Of a stretch of DNA of 64,000 bases, positions 26,727-35,896 are shown piece after piece. The stretch spans positions 139,063-203,062 of the forward strand of contig JAWKSQ010000001.1 in the NCBI GenBank assembly GCA_041389045.1. Reading direction: 5' to 3'. Position numbers and translations under genes: made by a program. The notes below the pieces were generated by a model. The model had not been told where the DNA came from. It ran no database searches and saw only the letters and a list, made by a program, of their open reading frames with translations. The stretch is from Minisyncoccota bacterium. Lineage in GTDB: Bacteria; Patescibacteriota; Minisyncoccia; Phycocordibacterales; UBA918. Each line of letters starts with the position of its first letter. The first letter of the stretch is position 1.

Positions 26727-26876
26727 CAAATAAACACTCCCAATAATATGGGGTGTTTATTTTTGTAGCTCGAAGAGCCGGAGTCTTCGTCCAGGAATCG
26801 AAAACTGTATATCGCACGGAGCAGAAGCAGTGACGGCTGCCGTCCCATGAGGAAGATTACCCTGGCGAGAGCACCA
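26727..26876. repeat. tRNA-linked repeat unit ending in a duplicated tRNA-Arg(GCG) 3' fragment
   Basis: Contains hairpin 26729-26765, short hairpin CGAAGA..TCTTCG 26771-26789, and CCAGGAATCGAA 26791-26802, which is the reverse complement of the tRNA T arm 26707-26718. CCTGGCGAGAGCA at 26861-26873 duplicates 26714-26726 and is followed by CCA. Confidence 0.7.
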
Positions 26877-26954
26877 CATAATATAGTCTTAGTTTGTAGC
26901 CCTTTTACAAACTACCTTTTAGGGGTGTTTCTTAACTTTTGATATAATCACAGA

Positions 26955-27365
26955 ATGAAAATCATAATCTGTTGTTCAATCACAGTTTCAGATAAGGTAT
27001 TACCAATTAGAAAAATTGGAGAATTTGGGCTTTGAGATAGAAATTCCTTTGGGCGTACAACAATACATAGATAATGATTATAAACATCTGAGTAAAAGTG
27101 AGAGGGCTAGTGATAAAAAAGATATGGATTTAATTACTCGCTATTACAAAAAAATTGCTGATAGTGATTATGTCCTAGTAATAAATGCTGAGAAAGATGG
27201 TAGGAAAATTATATAGGCGGGAACACTTTCCTTGAAATGGGATTTGCCCACGTATTAGGTAAAAAGATGTTTGTGTTAAATCCACTGCCGGTAGTTTCCT
27301 ACAGTGATGAACTTGAAGCCATGAACCTGCAAGTGATAAATGGTGATTTGAGTTTAATTAAATAA
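26955..27365 (+). pseudogene. nucleoside 2-deoxyribosyltransferase-like protein, two frameshifts
   Basis: Three frame segments: MKIIICCSITVSDKVLPIRK / LENLGFEIEIP..VLVINAEKDGRK / NYIGGNTFLEMGFAHVLGKKMFVLN..SLIK. The shifts fall at the A run 27001-27005 and the A run near 27205. Confidence 0.6.
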
Positions 27366-27519
27366 CTGTTTCAAACCAACTTATCCCATCCAGACTCTCC
27401 TATGTTCACTGCATCATTGAAAAACTGAACTTCCTGGCCAAGACTCCAAATTAGTCACGAACGCCAATAATTGTTAAACTGTTAGGAGTTAATTGTTAGT
27501 GGGGTTAATTTGAATTCTT

Positions 27520-28219
27520 ATGAAAACGTTGTTATCTATTGGTGTTGTAATTGTACTGGCCCTCGTGGCTTTCTCCCTCTGGTCACCAGGTGAAATGGGG
27601 AATGATACTAAAGTGCAGACGTCTGAAATGACTGGAACTGAAACGAGTGAAGTAATGGGTGAAATGACTCAGGTAGAAGGGAGTTTACGTGGTTGAAACA
27701 GAAGAAAGCAAGGTTAATTGGGCGGGTAAAAAGCCGTTGATTGATGGCTACGTTAATAAAGGTTTCTTGGCTGTTAGTGACGGACAAATTGAAATTACCG
27801 GAGAAGAGGTGTCAGGTAACTTTACTATCGACATGAATACCTTGTCGGTTTCCGATACTCCTACTAAGCCGGGAAGGGAGTCGGCTCTTGAAGGACACTT
27901 AAAGGGGGAGGGATGGTTTAATGTGGGCCAGTTCCCCGAAGCCTCGTTTGTTATTACTCAAGCGGAAATGAGTAACTCAGGAGGAAATTATCTGGTTACT
28001 GGAGATTTGACCATGAAAGGTGTGACGAATGAAATTAGCTTTCCCGCTAGTGTTTATCTAGATGAAGCAGGTAGCTTGGTCGCGGAAGCTAATTTTGAGT
28101 TTGATCGAACTAAGTGGGGAATTACTTCTGGGTCTGGGTCAATCTTTGATAACCTAGCCGACAATGTGATTGATGACATGGTGGCTCTGTCTTTTGTTTT
28201 GGTAGCAAACAAGCAGTAG
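27520..28219 (+). CDS. YceI-like polyisoprenoid-binding protein with N-terminal anchor, frame interrupted once
   Basis: Signal/TM MKTLLSIGVVIVLALVAF, then after a T-run shift near 27683 the YceI pattern ..VVETEESKVNWAGKK...GDLTMKGVTNEISFPA. Confidence 0.7.
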
Positions 28220-28239
28220 CTATATTAGAAAATATAAAC

Positions 28240-28271
28240 AAAACCGCCGGGCTTTGCCCGGCGCGGTTTTT
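28240..28271. terminator. bidirectional GC-rich hairpin terminator
   Basis: AAAACCGCCGGGC-TTTG-CCCGGCGCGGTTTTT between convergent genes. Confidence 0.6.
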
Positions 28272-28747
28272 ATTTAGTTATCCTAAAGGATGGTGAAACA
28301 ATGATATCTTCAGGAGGAGTTTCTTCCGCTGGTTCTTCTTTTATCTCGGCTTCTGAGTCCTCACTTTCTATGATTTCCGACTCCCTTTCAACTAACGGAT
28401 CGCTAGTCTCTGTAGGGTTTGGTGTCACAGGATTTTCTCTCATGAGTGAAGCTTTAACTGTGGCATATTCGGTTTTTCTTAATTCCAGACTATCTATAGC
28501 ACGTTTGACTTCACTCTCTTTATATATCATGAGAGGTGTGTTTTCAGTGGTGTTGTTTTCGTTGTTGTGATGATCGTATTGCCAATATAGACTGACACCA
28601 AATGCCAAAGCCAATTAGTAGTACTATAGCCACTGACCAACCAATAAACCATTCCCGAGTCGGGTGCATGATTTTATGGTCCTTCAAACCACCCTTTTGT
28701 CTAAGGATATCGTTTACTATTTTTTTAATCATTTTTTTATCTATCAT
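28270..28747 (-). CDS. hypothetical membrane protein (last gene of the pil cluster), frame interrupted once
   Basis: MIDKKMIKKIVNDIL..WFIGWSVAIVLLIGFGI continues as GVSLYWQYDHHNNEN.. if one T of a T3 run (minus strand, near 28600) is removed. Confidence 0.45.
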
Positions 28748-29267
28748 GATGGTGTAATAGTAATGAATAAAGTCAGGTGTCCTTCCCAAACATTATCAAT
28801 CACATTCCTAAGGGTAAGGGTGTCAATCCAAGAATGGTAAGGTAGATTCTCTATGAGTTTAGTAAAGCCCAGAACATCGTCTTTTTTGCCTTGGAAGTTA
28901 AAAACTATTTTAATATATTCGGTCTTTTTGTCAGACCCTATTACTTTGCCCAAATTTTCAGTTTCTAATTCTATCCAATTGATTTAGCCAGGGATTCAAT
29001 TTCGCCTAGGAAGTTGATGCTGTCGCTTTCGTCTTTAAAGAAGGCAGTGTCCACTATTTTTCTGTCGGCTTCAGTTTCTTGAATAAGTTTTCTTACTCTA
29101 ATAAACGATGTTTCTTGAGCGGTGTGCTCACTCATAATGGCTAAGTACTCTTCGATTTGACTGCCTTTAGTGTGTATTTGGTAGACTAAAAATCCGAAAG
29201 CACCAATCGTAATACTAAGTACCAGTAGTGAAAAAATAAATACTTTTTTTGTACGTGAGTTTGACAT
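28744..29267 (-). CDS. PilO-like/hypothetical membrane protein of the pilMN operon, frame interrupted once
   Basis: TM segment + coiled coil (ORF 28971-29267) continues as IELETENLGKVIGSDKKTEYIKIVFNF.. (ORF 28744-28953) with a 1-nt shift at a G run near 28965. Confidence 0.4.
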
Positions 29268-29269
29268 AT

Positions 29270-29809
29270 TTATTTAGTATCCTTCATGGTTACGGTCACA
29301 TTAAAGGTAATATCTTTATCACGGGCAAGGTTAGAGATGGGTAGTAAGACATCTTCGATTTCACCACTACTCAGTAATATTTCCCTAAACTCAGCCAAGG
29401 TCTGTCTGGTATCAGCATGACCACTGATAGCAATCGGGGAGATACCAGTGTCGGTACGACTGAAGTCAAAATTATCAATCTTTACCCCGGGGTTTGTGAG
29501 AGACTCGATTAGTTTGACTATCCTTGAAAAGCGGTCTTTTTCATCCAGTTTCATTATAAGTCCAGCCCGGGCACTAGACTTGATGAGGACAGAGGAAGAT
29601 AAATCATACTCGGTCACATCCTTGACTGCTTCTTGGGCTGGACCAGAGTAGATGTCTATTCGATTATTAATAATGACATTAACAGGAATTAATAGTACTC
29701 CAGCAATGATGAATATCCCACTTAGGATAAATACCCAAATTGAAACCACACGAGTCCAATACTCTTTGGCAACTTCATGCTTGGCTGTTTGTGGGATAAG
29801 ATTTGTCAT
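29270..29809 (-). CDS. pilN: type IV pilus assembly protein PilN-like
   Basis: 179 aa, N-terminal TM segment after a short cytoplasmic peptide, directly downstream of pilM. Confidence 0.5.
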   Translation of the reverse strand: MTNLIPQTAKHEVAKEYWTRVVSIWVFILSGIFIIAGVLLIPVNVIINNRIDIYSGPAQEAVKDVTEYDLSSSVLIKSSARAGLIMKLDEKDRFSRIVKLIESLTNPGVKIDNFDFSRTDTGISPIAISGHADTRQTLAEFREILLSSGEIEDVLLPISNLARDKDITFNVTVTMKDTK

Positions 29810-29812
29810 AAT

Positions 29813-30919
29813 TTATACGGTGTTGTGGAGAGCTAGACCGATAGCAGTGGCGTAACCAAAAGAGTAATTCTTCTCGATTGGAGGAACAAAAACATCTGTT
29901 TTAAAAGCATTTTCCCAGACATTACCGCGGACACAAGGGAGACCTAAAGATTCAGACATATACTCCGGTAATCCTTTTAGGTTTGAGCTACCGCCACATA
30001 AAATAACCTTTTTGATTCGACGACTAGCATTTTTATTACCGTCTTTAGTGTGCCAATACTGCATGCGGGTAGCAATCTCATCTTTGACGACAGAGATGGT
30101 GGGGATTAAACAGTCATAAACTCTAGTGTCCTCGGCGCCTTTAATCAGGCCTTGGGTATTTTTAATATTAGTTAGTTCTGATTCAGCCACGTTATCACCG
30201 AGGACCCGGCGCATAACTTGGGATAGTTGACCGCCACCAATGTCGATAGTGGAGGTGTAGAGTAGGACTCCATCTTTGGCGATACCAACTCCAGTACGTG
30301 TCTTACCAAAATCCACCAACATAACAGTGTTTCTTTCGTCTTCTGGAATCATGGCCCTAGCCATGGCTTGTGCCTCGACTTCAAAAGCAATCGGAGTCAG
30401 TCCTGCGTCACGACAAGCTTCGTAATATTGCATGATGGTGTCACGCTGATAGGCAGCGACGACAACTTTAGCAGTCTGATTGTTCTCTGTGTCATCGACA
30501 GGGAGAATTTCGTAGTCAAAGATGGTGTCACGAGCGGCAATAGGAACATTCTCTTCTAGTCGAAATTCCAGCAAGCTCAGGATTTCTTTCTGCGGAACAT
30601 TACTTTTTAATTCAGTCTCAAAAATGTAAGCTCGCTCTTCGGGTAGGGAGACGCGGATGAAATCAGCTTTAGTGATTTTCTTAAATTCACGTAAGGTGTC
30701 TGCCAGTTGCTTGGGATTAATAATTTCACCTCGGTCGAGGGAGTTAGCTGGGATATCAATATCCCCCCATTGTTTTAGGATTTTAGTTTTTTGGTTACGA
30801 AGCGATGGTTGAAAAGACACATACTTCAACGAAGTATCCGAAATATCCACCCCCACACTAGGAAGGGTTATATAGCTTGGTGGCGGTATAAGATCAGAAA
30901 GAACTGAAAAGACACTCAT
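29813..30919 (-). CDS. pilM: type IV pilus assembly ATPase-fold protein PilM
   Basis: Actin-like fold motifs VGVDISDTSLKYV, LVDFGKTRTGV, IDIGGGQLS and ILCGGSSNLKGLPEYM. Confidence 0.8.
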   Translation of the reverse strand: MSVFSVLSDLIPPPSYITLPSVGVDISDTSLKYVSFQPSLRNQKTKILKQWGDIDIPANSLDRGEIINPKQLADTLREFKKITKADFIRVSLPEERAYIFETELKSNVPQKEILSLLEFRLEENVPIAARDTIFDYEILPVDDTENNQTAKVVVAAYQRDTIMQYYEACRDAGLTPIAFEVEAQAMARAMIPEDERNTVMLVDFGKTRTGVGIAKDGVLLYTSTIDIGGGQLSQVMRRVLGDNVAESELTNIKNTQGLIKGAEDTRVYDCLIPTISVVKDEIATRMQYWHTKDGNKNASRRIKKVILCGGSSNLKGLPEYMSESLGLPCVRGNVWENAFKTDVFVPPIEKNYSFGYATAIGLALHNTV

Positions 30920-30962
30920 CTTTATAGTATACGCTGTCGGTCAGCCAAAAAGGCTTAAAAAC

Positions 30963-31568
30963 TCACAACACAAAATAAAAATATAATCCGCAGGCAATGA
31001 AGGTAAGGATAGTAATGAGAGTGATTTTTTCTCGGACAATTGTCACAGCTCGTTCACCAAATTTGTAGGTTAGATAACCAACAATTCCGTAGCGTAATAA
31101 TCTTCCTGCCAAAGCTCCAAACATAAAAAGTAAAAGATTGCCTTTGATAGCTCCGGCGGCTAAGGCAACTAAGGTAAAGGGGATAGGTGTTACAGCACCC
31201 ATAAAGGCTAAGACAAAAGTACTGTCACGGACTTGCTCGACCATCTGTGAAAACTGTAGAGCGGTCGACTCAGATACAAACTGCATGATGAGATCTAAGA
31301 AAAAAGCCGCGGTAATGAAAGCGATAAAACCACCAGCTAGAGAAGTTAGGGTGGTGACCATGACAGCGGTAAAGGCTCTGGCTCGGTGAGCCAAGATGTA
31401 GGCCACCATAAAAGGGTCAGTAATGATTGGTAGTAAAAGGGCCGACTCAACAAATGAGATGGTGCCAAGTATCCATAGACCATAACGCATTCTTAGCAGA
31501 ACGCTGATTTGATTAGTTAGGTTAAGAACATGTTGTTCAAATCTAAGGATAAAATTTGGCTTTGACAT
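30963..31568 (-). CDS. YqaA/DedA-related membrane protein
   Basis: Polytopic, with VESALLLPIITDPFMV near the N-terminus as in the SNARE-associated/DedA superfamily. Confidence 0.55.
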   Translation of the reverse strand: MSKPNFILRFEQHVLNLTNQISVLLRMRYGLWILGTISFVESALLLPIITDPFMVAYILAHRARAFTAVMVTTLTSLAGGFIAFITAAFFLDLIMQFVSESTALQFSQMVEQVRDSTFVLAFMGAVTPIPFTLVALAAGAIKGNLLLFMFGALAGRLLRYGIVGYLTYKFGERAVTIVREKITLITILTFIACGLYFYFVL

Positions 31569-31570
31569 AT

Positions 31571-31903
31571 TTATCTAACCTTGGCTCCAGGCGGTAGGGA
31601 AGCTTCAGGTGTGAGTAGACTAAAAACCTCATCAGTCCCAACTGCCAATATCATTCCCTGGCTTTCGAGACCTCGAATTGTTCTTGGGGCTAGATTAGTT
31701 AAGAAAGGGCATTGCTTACCAACTAAGGAATTAATATCCTCAAAATAAGTTCTGATACCAGAAACAATTTGTCTAGGCGCTTCTTCGCCAACGTCGACGG
31801 ATAGCTTGAGCAATTTGTCTGCATCCTCAACTATTTCGACAGCTGTAATGGTGCCGATTTTGATTTCTAGTTTGGCAAAATCTTCGTAAGAAATTTCGGG
31901 CAT
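31571..31903 (-). CDS. tRNA-binding domain protein (CsaA/EMAP-like)
   Basis: FAKLEIKIGTI..DADKLLKLSVDVGEE..RQIVSGI..LVGKQ..NLAPRTIRGLESQGMILA. Confidence 0.8.
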   Translation of the reverse strand: MPEISYEDFAKLEIKIGTITAVEIVEDADKLLKLSVDVGEEAPRQIVSGIRTYFEDINSLVGKQCPFLTNLAPRTIRGLESQGMILAVGTDEVFSLLTPEASLPPGAKVR

Positions 31904-31906
31904 AAA

Positions 31907-32293
31907 TTATTGTTTAGACTTGGTTATAAAACTATCTAGGATCAAGGTGGGTGCCGAGGCGTCAGTCATGTTGTTTCGACCTTGGATTTGAAGGGCGTCA
32001 GCCTTGGTCGAAAATTGTTCTGGCTCGAGATGAATCGGTAGACCGACTGAGAGAGTCAGATCCATCATCAGTTCTTCAATCTCTTCTTGGATTTTGTTCG
32101 GATTATTATCTTTATCGAGAGAGTGACCAATGACTACTTCACCAATTTTCTCGGTATTTATAATGGCTTCAATCTCTTTGGCTAGGGCAGGGGAGTTTTT
32201 CAAAACTTTATGCGGGAAAGCCATTTTCCCAGACTCATCAGTGATGGCTAAGCCAACTCGCTTGCTACCGTAATCAATTCCTAATTTTCTCAT
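31907..32293 (-). CDS. ruvX: Holliday junction resolvase-like RuvX/YqgF
   Basis: MRKLGIDYGSKRVGLAITDESG start. I trimmed the ORF-track N-terminal extension, which overlaps the upstream gene. Confidence 0.8.
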   Translation of the reverse strand: MRKLGIDYGSKRVGLAITDESGKMAFPHKVLKNSPALAKEIEAIINTEKIGEVVIGHSLDKDNNPNKIQEEIEELMMDLTLSVGLPIHLEPEQFSTKADALQIQGRNNMTDASAPTLILDSFITKSKQ

Positions 32294-32322
32294 TAATACT
32301 AGAATATCATGATTAAGCAGGA

Positions 32323-32760
32323 TTACTGCTTTTCGGAACAATTGAACATCCAGCGGGTACCAAATTTGTCGGTACAAGAGCCGTAGTAATCTCCCCAGAA
32401 CATATCTTGAAGCTCCATTTCGACTTTACCGCCGTCCGATAGAGCTTTAAAAAGTTTTTCTGTTTCAGCTCGCGTGTCTGGCATAAGGTTTATGTAGACA
32501 TTGTTCCCTTGTACCAGGGACATTCCCATGGAAGGGACAATATCTGTACCCATAAGGACGAAGTCATTCATAAGTGGTAGGGCGACATGCATAACTAGAT
32601 TTTTTTCGTCTTCCGATAATTCTGGCATGCCGTCTTGTGCTGGCACTTGCCCCATGCGACTAATGTCACCTTGGAATTCCGTCCCAAAAACTGACTGATA
32701 AAACAGAAAAGCCTCCTCGGTCTGACCGTCGAAATTTAAATAGATACTAACTTTTGACAT
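32323..32760 (-). CDS. VOC/glyoxalase-fold protein (PhnB/YjdN-like)
   Basis: SIYLNFDGQTEEAFLFYQSVFG and MFWGDYYGSCTDKFGTRWMFN. Confidence 0.75.
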   Translation of the reverse strand: MSKVSIYLNFDGQTEEAFLFYQSVFGTEFQGDISRMGQVPAQDGMPELSEDEKNLVMHVALPLMNDFVLMGTDIVPSMGMSLVQGNNVYINLMPDTRAETEKLFKALSDGGKVEMELQDMFWGDYYGSCTDKFGTRWMFNCSEKQ

Positions 32761-32916
32761 ACATTATTAGGTTAATTTAATTAATTAGTCAAAACTAATT
32801 GTAGATTAATTTGAGTATTTTACTAGTGTGACTTTTGGTCAGAAAAGGTGGATTTATCCCTAAACACCCCATTCCTAGTAGGAATGGGGTGTTTAAGTGT
32901 TTTTTGAGTGTGTTAA

Positions 32917-33735
32917 ATGGTCGGTAACTTATTTGGTATACTCATGGACATGGAAGATTTCCCAAACCGAGAAAGAAACGTTGAGCAAGATAGACGAGAG
33001 TTTATTAAAGCAATGGACTCAATTGCTATTGAAGAGATTCCTGCTGTATTTGATGAAGAAGCTAGTAATAGACTAGTGACTAGTCTAGATGCTAAGAAAC
33101 TGCTCATTCTTGGTGAAATGCACGGTGTAAAAGAAAATGCTGATGTTATTTACACTCTCTTTAAAAAGTTTGGATTTCGTCAACTTGCATTGGAGTGGGA
33201 GTCAGAGCTTGGAGTAGTTGCTGAACAATATCTTGAAACAGGAGAGTTGGATTTTGATGCAATACAAGACAGTCCCGATGGCAGAATTACTGCAGGGCAT
33301 TTTGTACTACTTAAAAAGTTAAAAGCAGAGGGTTTACTCGAAAAACTTATTTGCTTTGATAGTGCGGGAGAGGCGAACTGGAATGCACGTGATGAAAACA
33401 TGGCAAAAAATATTCTTAGTTGCCTAACAGATTCACCGACGTTGGTTGTCGCAGGTAATCTGCATGCCAAAGTCGAGTCAATAACTTTTAATGACGAATC
33501 AGGTGAACACCACCCCATGGGTGAAAGGGTGAAAGAAAAAATACCTGAGGTCCCATCTGGAAAGATTGATTACCTATCAGGTCAGTATCAGAACTATGGA
33601 ACTCAAGACTTTTTTGAAGACCCTGACCAAGAGAAAACTGGTCCGAGGTTTTATATTGCCGGAGACAGTTTGTATATGTTTGTGTTACCGGAAGCTAATG
33701 TTGCTGTAGTTCCAAATCCAAGCGAGAAGCTATAA
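32917..33735 (+). CDS. hypothetical protein, possibly of the ChaN/Tiki/erythromycin-esterase-like superfamily
   Basis: LILGEMHG and VVAGNLHA resemble the GxxH motifs of that superfamily. Weak assignment. Confidence 0.3.
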   Translation: MVGNLFGILMDMEDFPNRERNVEQDRREFIKAMDSIAIEEIPAVFDEEASNRLVTSLDAKKLLILGEMHGVKENADVIYTLFKKFGFRQLALEWESELGVVAEQYLETGELDFDAIQDSPDGRITAGHFVLLKKLKAEGLLEKLICFDSAGEANWNARDENMAKNILSCLTDSPTLVVAGNLHAKVESITFNDESGEHHPMGERVKEKIPEVPSGKIDYLSGQYQNYGTQDFFEDPDQEKTGPRFYIAGDSLYMFVLPEANVAVVPNPSEKL

Positions 33736-33763
33736 TAAATAGTGTATTTAATATACTTACAAT

Positions 33764-34291
33764 ATGAGTACCGAAAAATACCAAGGAAGAAAATATTTGG
33801 TCCAAAGCTATGATCCTAACTGGGTTGCACAATACGAAGTTGAGGAATCCGCTTTGAGACGGACTCTTGGAGGTAACATACTATCAATAGAGCATGTAGG
33901 TAGCACTTCTGTACCAGGACTGGCTGGAAAGCCACTCATAGATATCCTGGTTGTTGTCAAGAATATTGAAGAAGCTGACAGATTCGAGCCAACCTTGAGT
34001 TCACTTGGTTATGATTTTCTTGGTCAGTACGTGATGGAGGGTTCACGTTTATATGTTAAGGAGAAAGACAATACTCGTCTGGTAAACTTACATTTTTTCA
34101 AACAAGGACATAAACATATCTGTGAGATGATTGGATTGCGAGATTATTTTCGTTCGCACCCAGAAGTGGTCAAAGGATACAGTCAACTCAAGTTTGATTT
34201 ATTTGAAAAATATCCTGATGATTACGGTTCATACAGAAAATATAAAGATGATTGGGTGAATGAACTGAAAGCTAAACTCGGATTAGTATGA
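33764..34291 (+). CDS. GrpB family protein
   Basis: IEHVGSTSVPGLAGKPLIDILVVV and the following blocks are typical of GrpB/UPF0157. Confidence 0.8.
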   Translation: MSTEKYQGRKYLVQSYDPNWVAQYEVEESALRRTLGGNILSIEHVGSTSVPGLAGKPLIDILVVVKNIEEADRFEPTLSSLGYDFLGQYVMEGSRLYVKEKDNTRLVNLHFFKQGHKHICEMIGLRDYFRSHPEVVKGYSQLKFDLFEKYPDDYGSYRKYKDDWVNELKAKLGLV

Positions 34292-34701
34292 AAGAAATCT
34301 ATCACGGGACAACTCAAAAAGACTTACAGGTAATCAAGCCTTTTAAAAGATATACGCCTGGTGGCAAAGACATCGCTGATTCTATTCCTCCACGTATTTA
34401 TGCTACCTACAATCCAGCTTACGCTGTTGCGCACAGCTTCCCTTGGTCTTCTGATGATGGAGTAGATATTTCAATTAGAGACGGCATAGTAACTATCATT
34501 GTCCCAAGTGATAAAGAGTCTGTACTTAAACAAGAGGTCTGTATCTACACGCTTCCTGATGACACTTTTGTTTTTACTGATGAGGAAGAAACTGGTCTAA
34601 CTTATCACACTACCGAAGAAATTAAACCTATTACGTGTCAAAGCTTTAAAAGTGTTGCAGAAGCAATGGATAAAATGGGAGGAAAAATTATCTTTATATA
34701 A
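34288..34701 (+). CDS. hypothetical protein
   Basis: 137-aa ORF overlapping the grpB stop by 4 nt. No family recognised. Confidence 0.45.
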   Translation: MKEIYHGTTQKDLQVIKPFKRYTPGGKDIADSIPPRIYATYNPAYAVAHSFPWSSDDGVDISIRDGIVTIIVPSDKESVLKQEVCIYTLPDDTFVFTDEEETGLTYHTTEEIKPITCQSFKSVAEAMDKMGGKIIFI

Positions 34702-34743
34702 AAGTAAACAAATACGAAACTGAAGCGATTCATAACCTTCCTT

Positions 34744-34811
34744 TGACGCAGGTTACTAAGTGTTCTCACCAATTTCATTGGTTGCGAGCACTAAGTACCT
34801 GCTGTCCCAGC
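34744..34811 (+). repeat. 68-bp element, itself hairpin-forming; left copy of a perfect inverted repeat (partner 38955..39022)
   Basis: The reverse complement of 38955-39022 is identical over all 68 nt (checked base by base). Internal arms GCAGGTTACTAAGTG / CACTAAGTACCTGC and ACCAAT / ATTGGT. Confidence 0.9.
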
Positions 34812-34999
34812 GCATTTGTTTTCTTTCTGAGGAGAAAGAAAACAGCCTTTACGCTTCACAAAACTACAAAACCAGCCGCAGGGCTGGTTTTGTTTAATGT
34901 TTTGTGGGGTCAAGTTTCTAATTCACTACGTTCATAAGAACTTCCTCCCCGACCTCGTCTATTTTGGCATTAAGTAATAGCCAAAATATGACTCCGGTT

Positions 35000-35101
35000 G
35001 GCACACAGGCACGAAACTGAAGCAATTCAGTTTCTAAATCAAAAGCACGATTCTCTCAAAGAATCGTGCTTTTGATTTACCTGTGTGCCCCCGCGAGGAA
35101 T
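35000..35101. repeat. tRNA-linked three-helix module ending in a displaced tRNA-Arg(TCT) 3' fragment
   Basis: Closing helix GGCACACAGG 35000-35009 / CCTGTGTGCC 35080-35089. Hairpin GAAACTGAA-GCAA-TTCAGTTTC 35013-35034. Long hairpin 35036-35078. GTGCCCCCGCGAGGAAT at 35085-35101 duplicates 35306-35322. Confidence 0.7.
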
Positions 35102-35306
35102 GATCCCGCAGTTTCTAATTCTCTATGCCCGCCTGACGGCAGGCTAGCTCATAAGAACTGCTGGACGCAGCTCCCTCGTTTTCTTTCTAGGAAGGAAAGA
35201 AAACATCACTCCGCTGGTTCGATTCCTACGAAAAGTGCCTATGCACTTTTCTCTTGGGGTACGAACAAAAACGGCACACATAATAGTGTGCTCGTTTTTG
35301 TACTCG
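35102..35306. repeat. tRNA-linked repeat unit adjacent to the intact tRNA-Arg(TCT)
   Basis: GGTTCGATTCCT 35216-35227 is the reverse complement of the tRNA T arm region 35317-35328. Hairpin GAAAAGTGC-CTAT-GCACTTTTC lies in 35228-35252 and a long terminator-like hairpin at 35259-35303. Hairpin GTTTTCTTTCT..GAAAGAAAAC lies near 35178-35206. Confidence 0.65.
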
Positions 35307-35378
35307 TGCCCCCGCGAGGAATCGAACCTCGAATAACGGCTTAGAAGTCCGCAGTTATATCCATTTAACTACAAGGGC
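35307..35378 (-). tRNA. tRNA-Arg (anticodon TCT)
   Basis: Acceptor GCCCTTG/CGGGGGC (two G-U pairs), anticodon loop CTTCTAA, T arm CGAGG-TTCGATT-CCTCG, discriminator A. Confidence 0.8.
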
Positions 35379-35455
35379 AATCAACTTGCGAAGCATAGCA
35401 GAAAAAGATGGTGCTGTGAATATTAGATGAAAAGCAAATGGCATCGCGCTTGCAG

Positions 35456-35726
35456 GGTGAAAGGCTCGATCACCTCGCTGAGTATTTTTGTTCAAGATAA
35501 AGTTTTTTCGTGGTCACGAATCACTAAGTATATTTCTGCACTTCGTGCGAAATCCACTAAGTGTTCTCGACCCAGGCTCAACCCTTTTCTTCCCTGTGAA
35601 GGGGAAGAAAAGATGTCTCCGCCTCGCACTAAGGCACGAAAGCAAAGCAGTTTGCTTTCTAAAAGAAAAGCCCAGTCAATTTGTGACTGGGCTTTTCTTT
35701 TACCTTAGTGCGCGATGAGAGGCTCG
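35456..35726. repeat. tRNA-linked repeat unit ending in a displaced tRNA-Val 3' fragment
   Basis: 35456-35492 is homologous to 35715-35751. ACTAAGT-armed hairpins. Hairpin CCTTTTCTTCCC..GGGGAAGAAAAG. Closing helix CGCACTAAGG 35625-35634 / CCTTAGTGCG 35703-35712 encloses hairpins 35636-35660 and 35661-35701. TAGTGCGCGATGAGAGGCTCG at 35706-35726 duplicates 35894-35914. Confidence 0.7.
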
Positions 35727-35896
35727 GTCACCTCGCTAAGTATTTTTGTTCGCTATGCTCCAAAAAGTACTAAGCTCCTCGACCCCGGCTATTTTAATTC
35801 TCCAAGTCTTCGAATTAAAATCACGCCCTTCGAGCCTCACACATCTATGCCTGAGACACAAAATGTCCCAGCAAAAGCTGGGACATTTTGGTCTAG
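35727..35896. repeat. tRNA-linked repeat unit adjacent to the intact tRNA-Val
   Basis: CTAAGT-armed hairpin 35737-35781. Hairpin ATTTTAATTC..GAATTAAAAT. TTCGAGCCTC 35829-35838 is the reverse complement of the tRNA T arm 35907-35916. Terminator-like hairpin 35860-35889. Confidence 0.65.

Noticed and set aside
34743-34937. ORF 34743-34937 (+) and ORF 38718-39023 (-) begin with the same 23 residues (MTQVTKCSHQFHWLRALSTCCPS), which looks like a duplicated small gene.
   Set aside because: The shared part is just the translation of the 68-bp inverted repeat. The rest runs through hairpins and terminator-like stems, with no RBS. I treat both as spurious.
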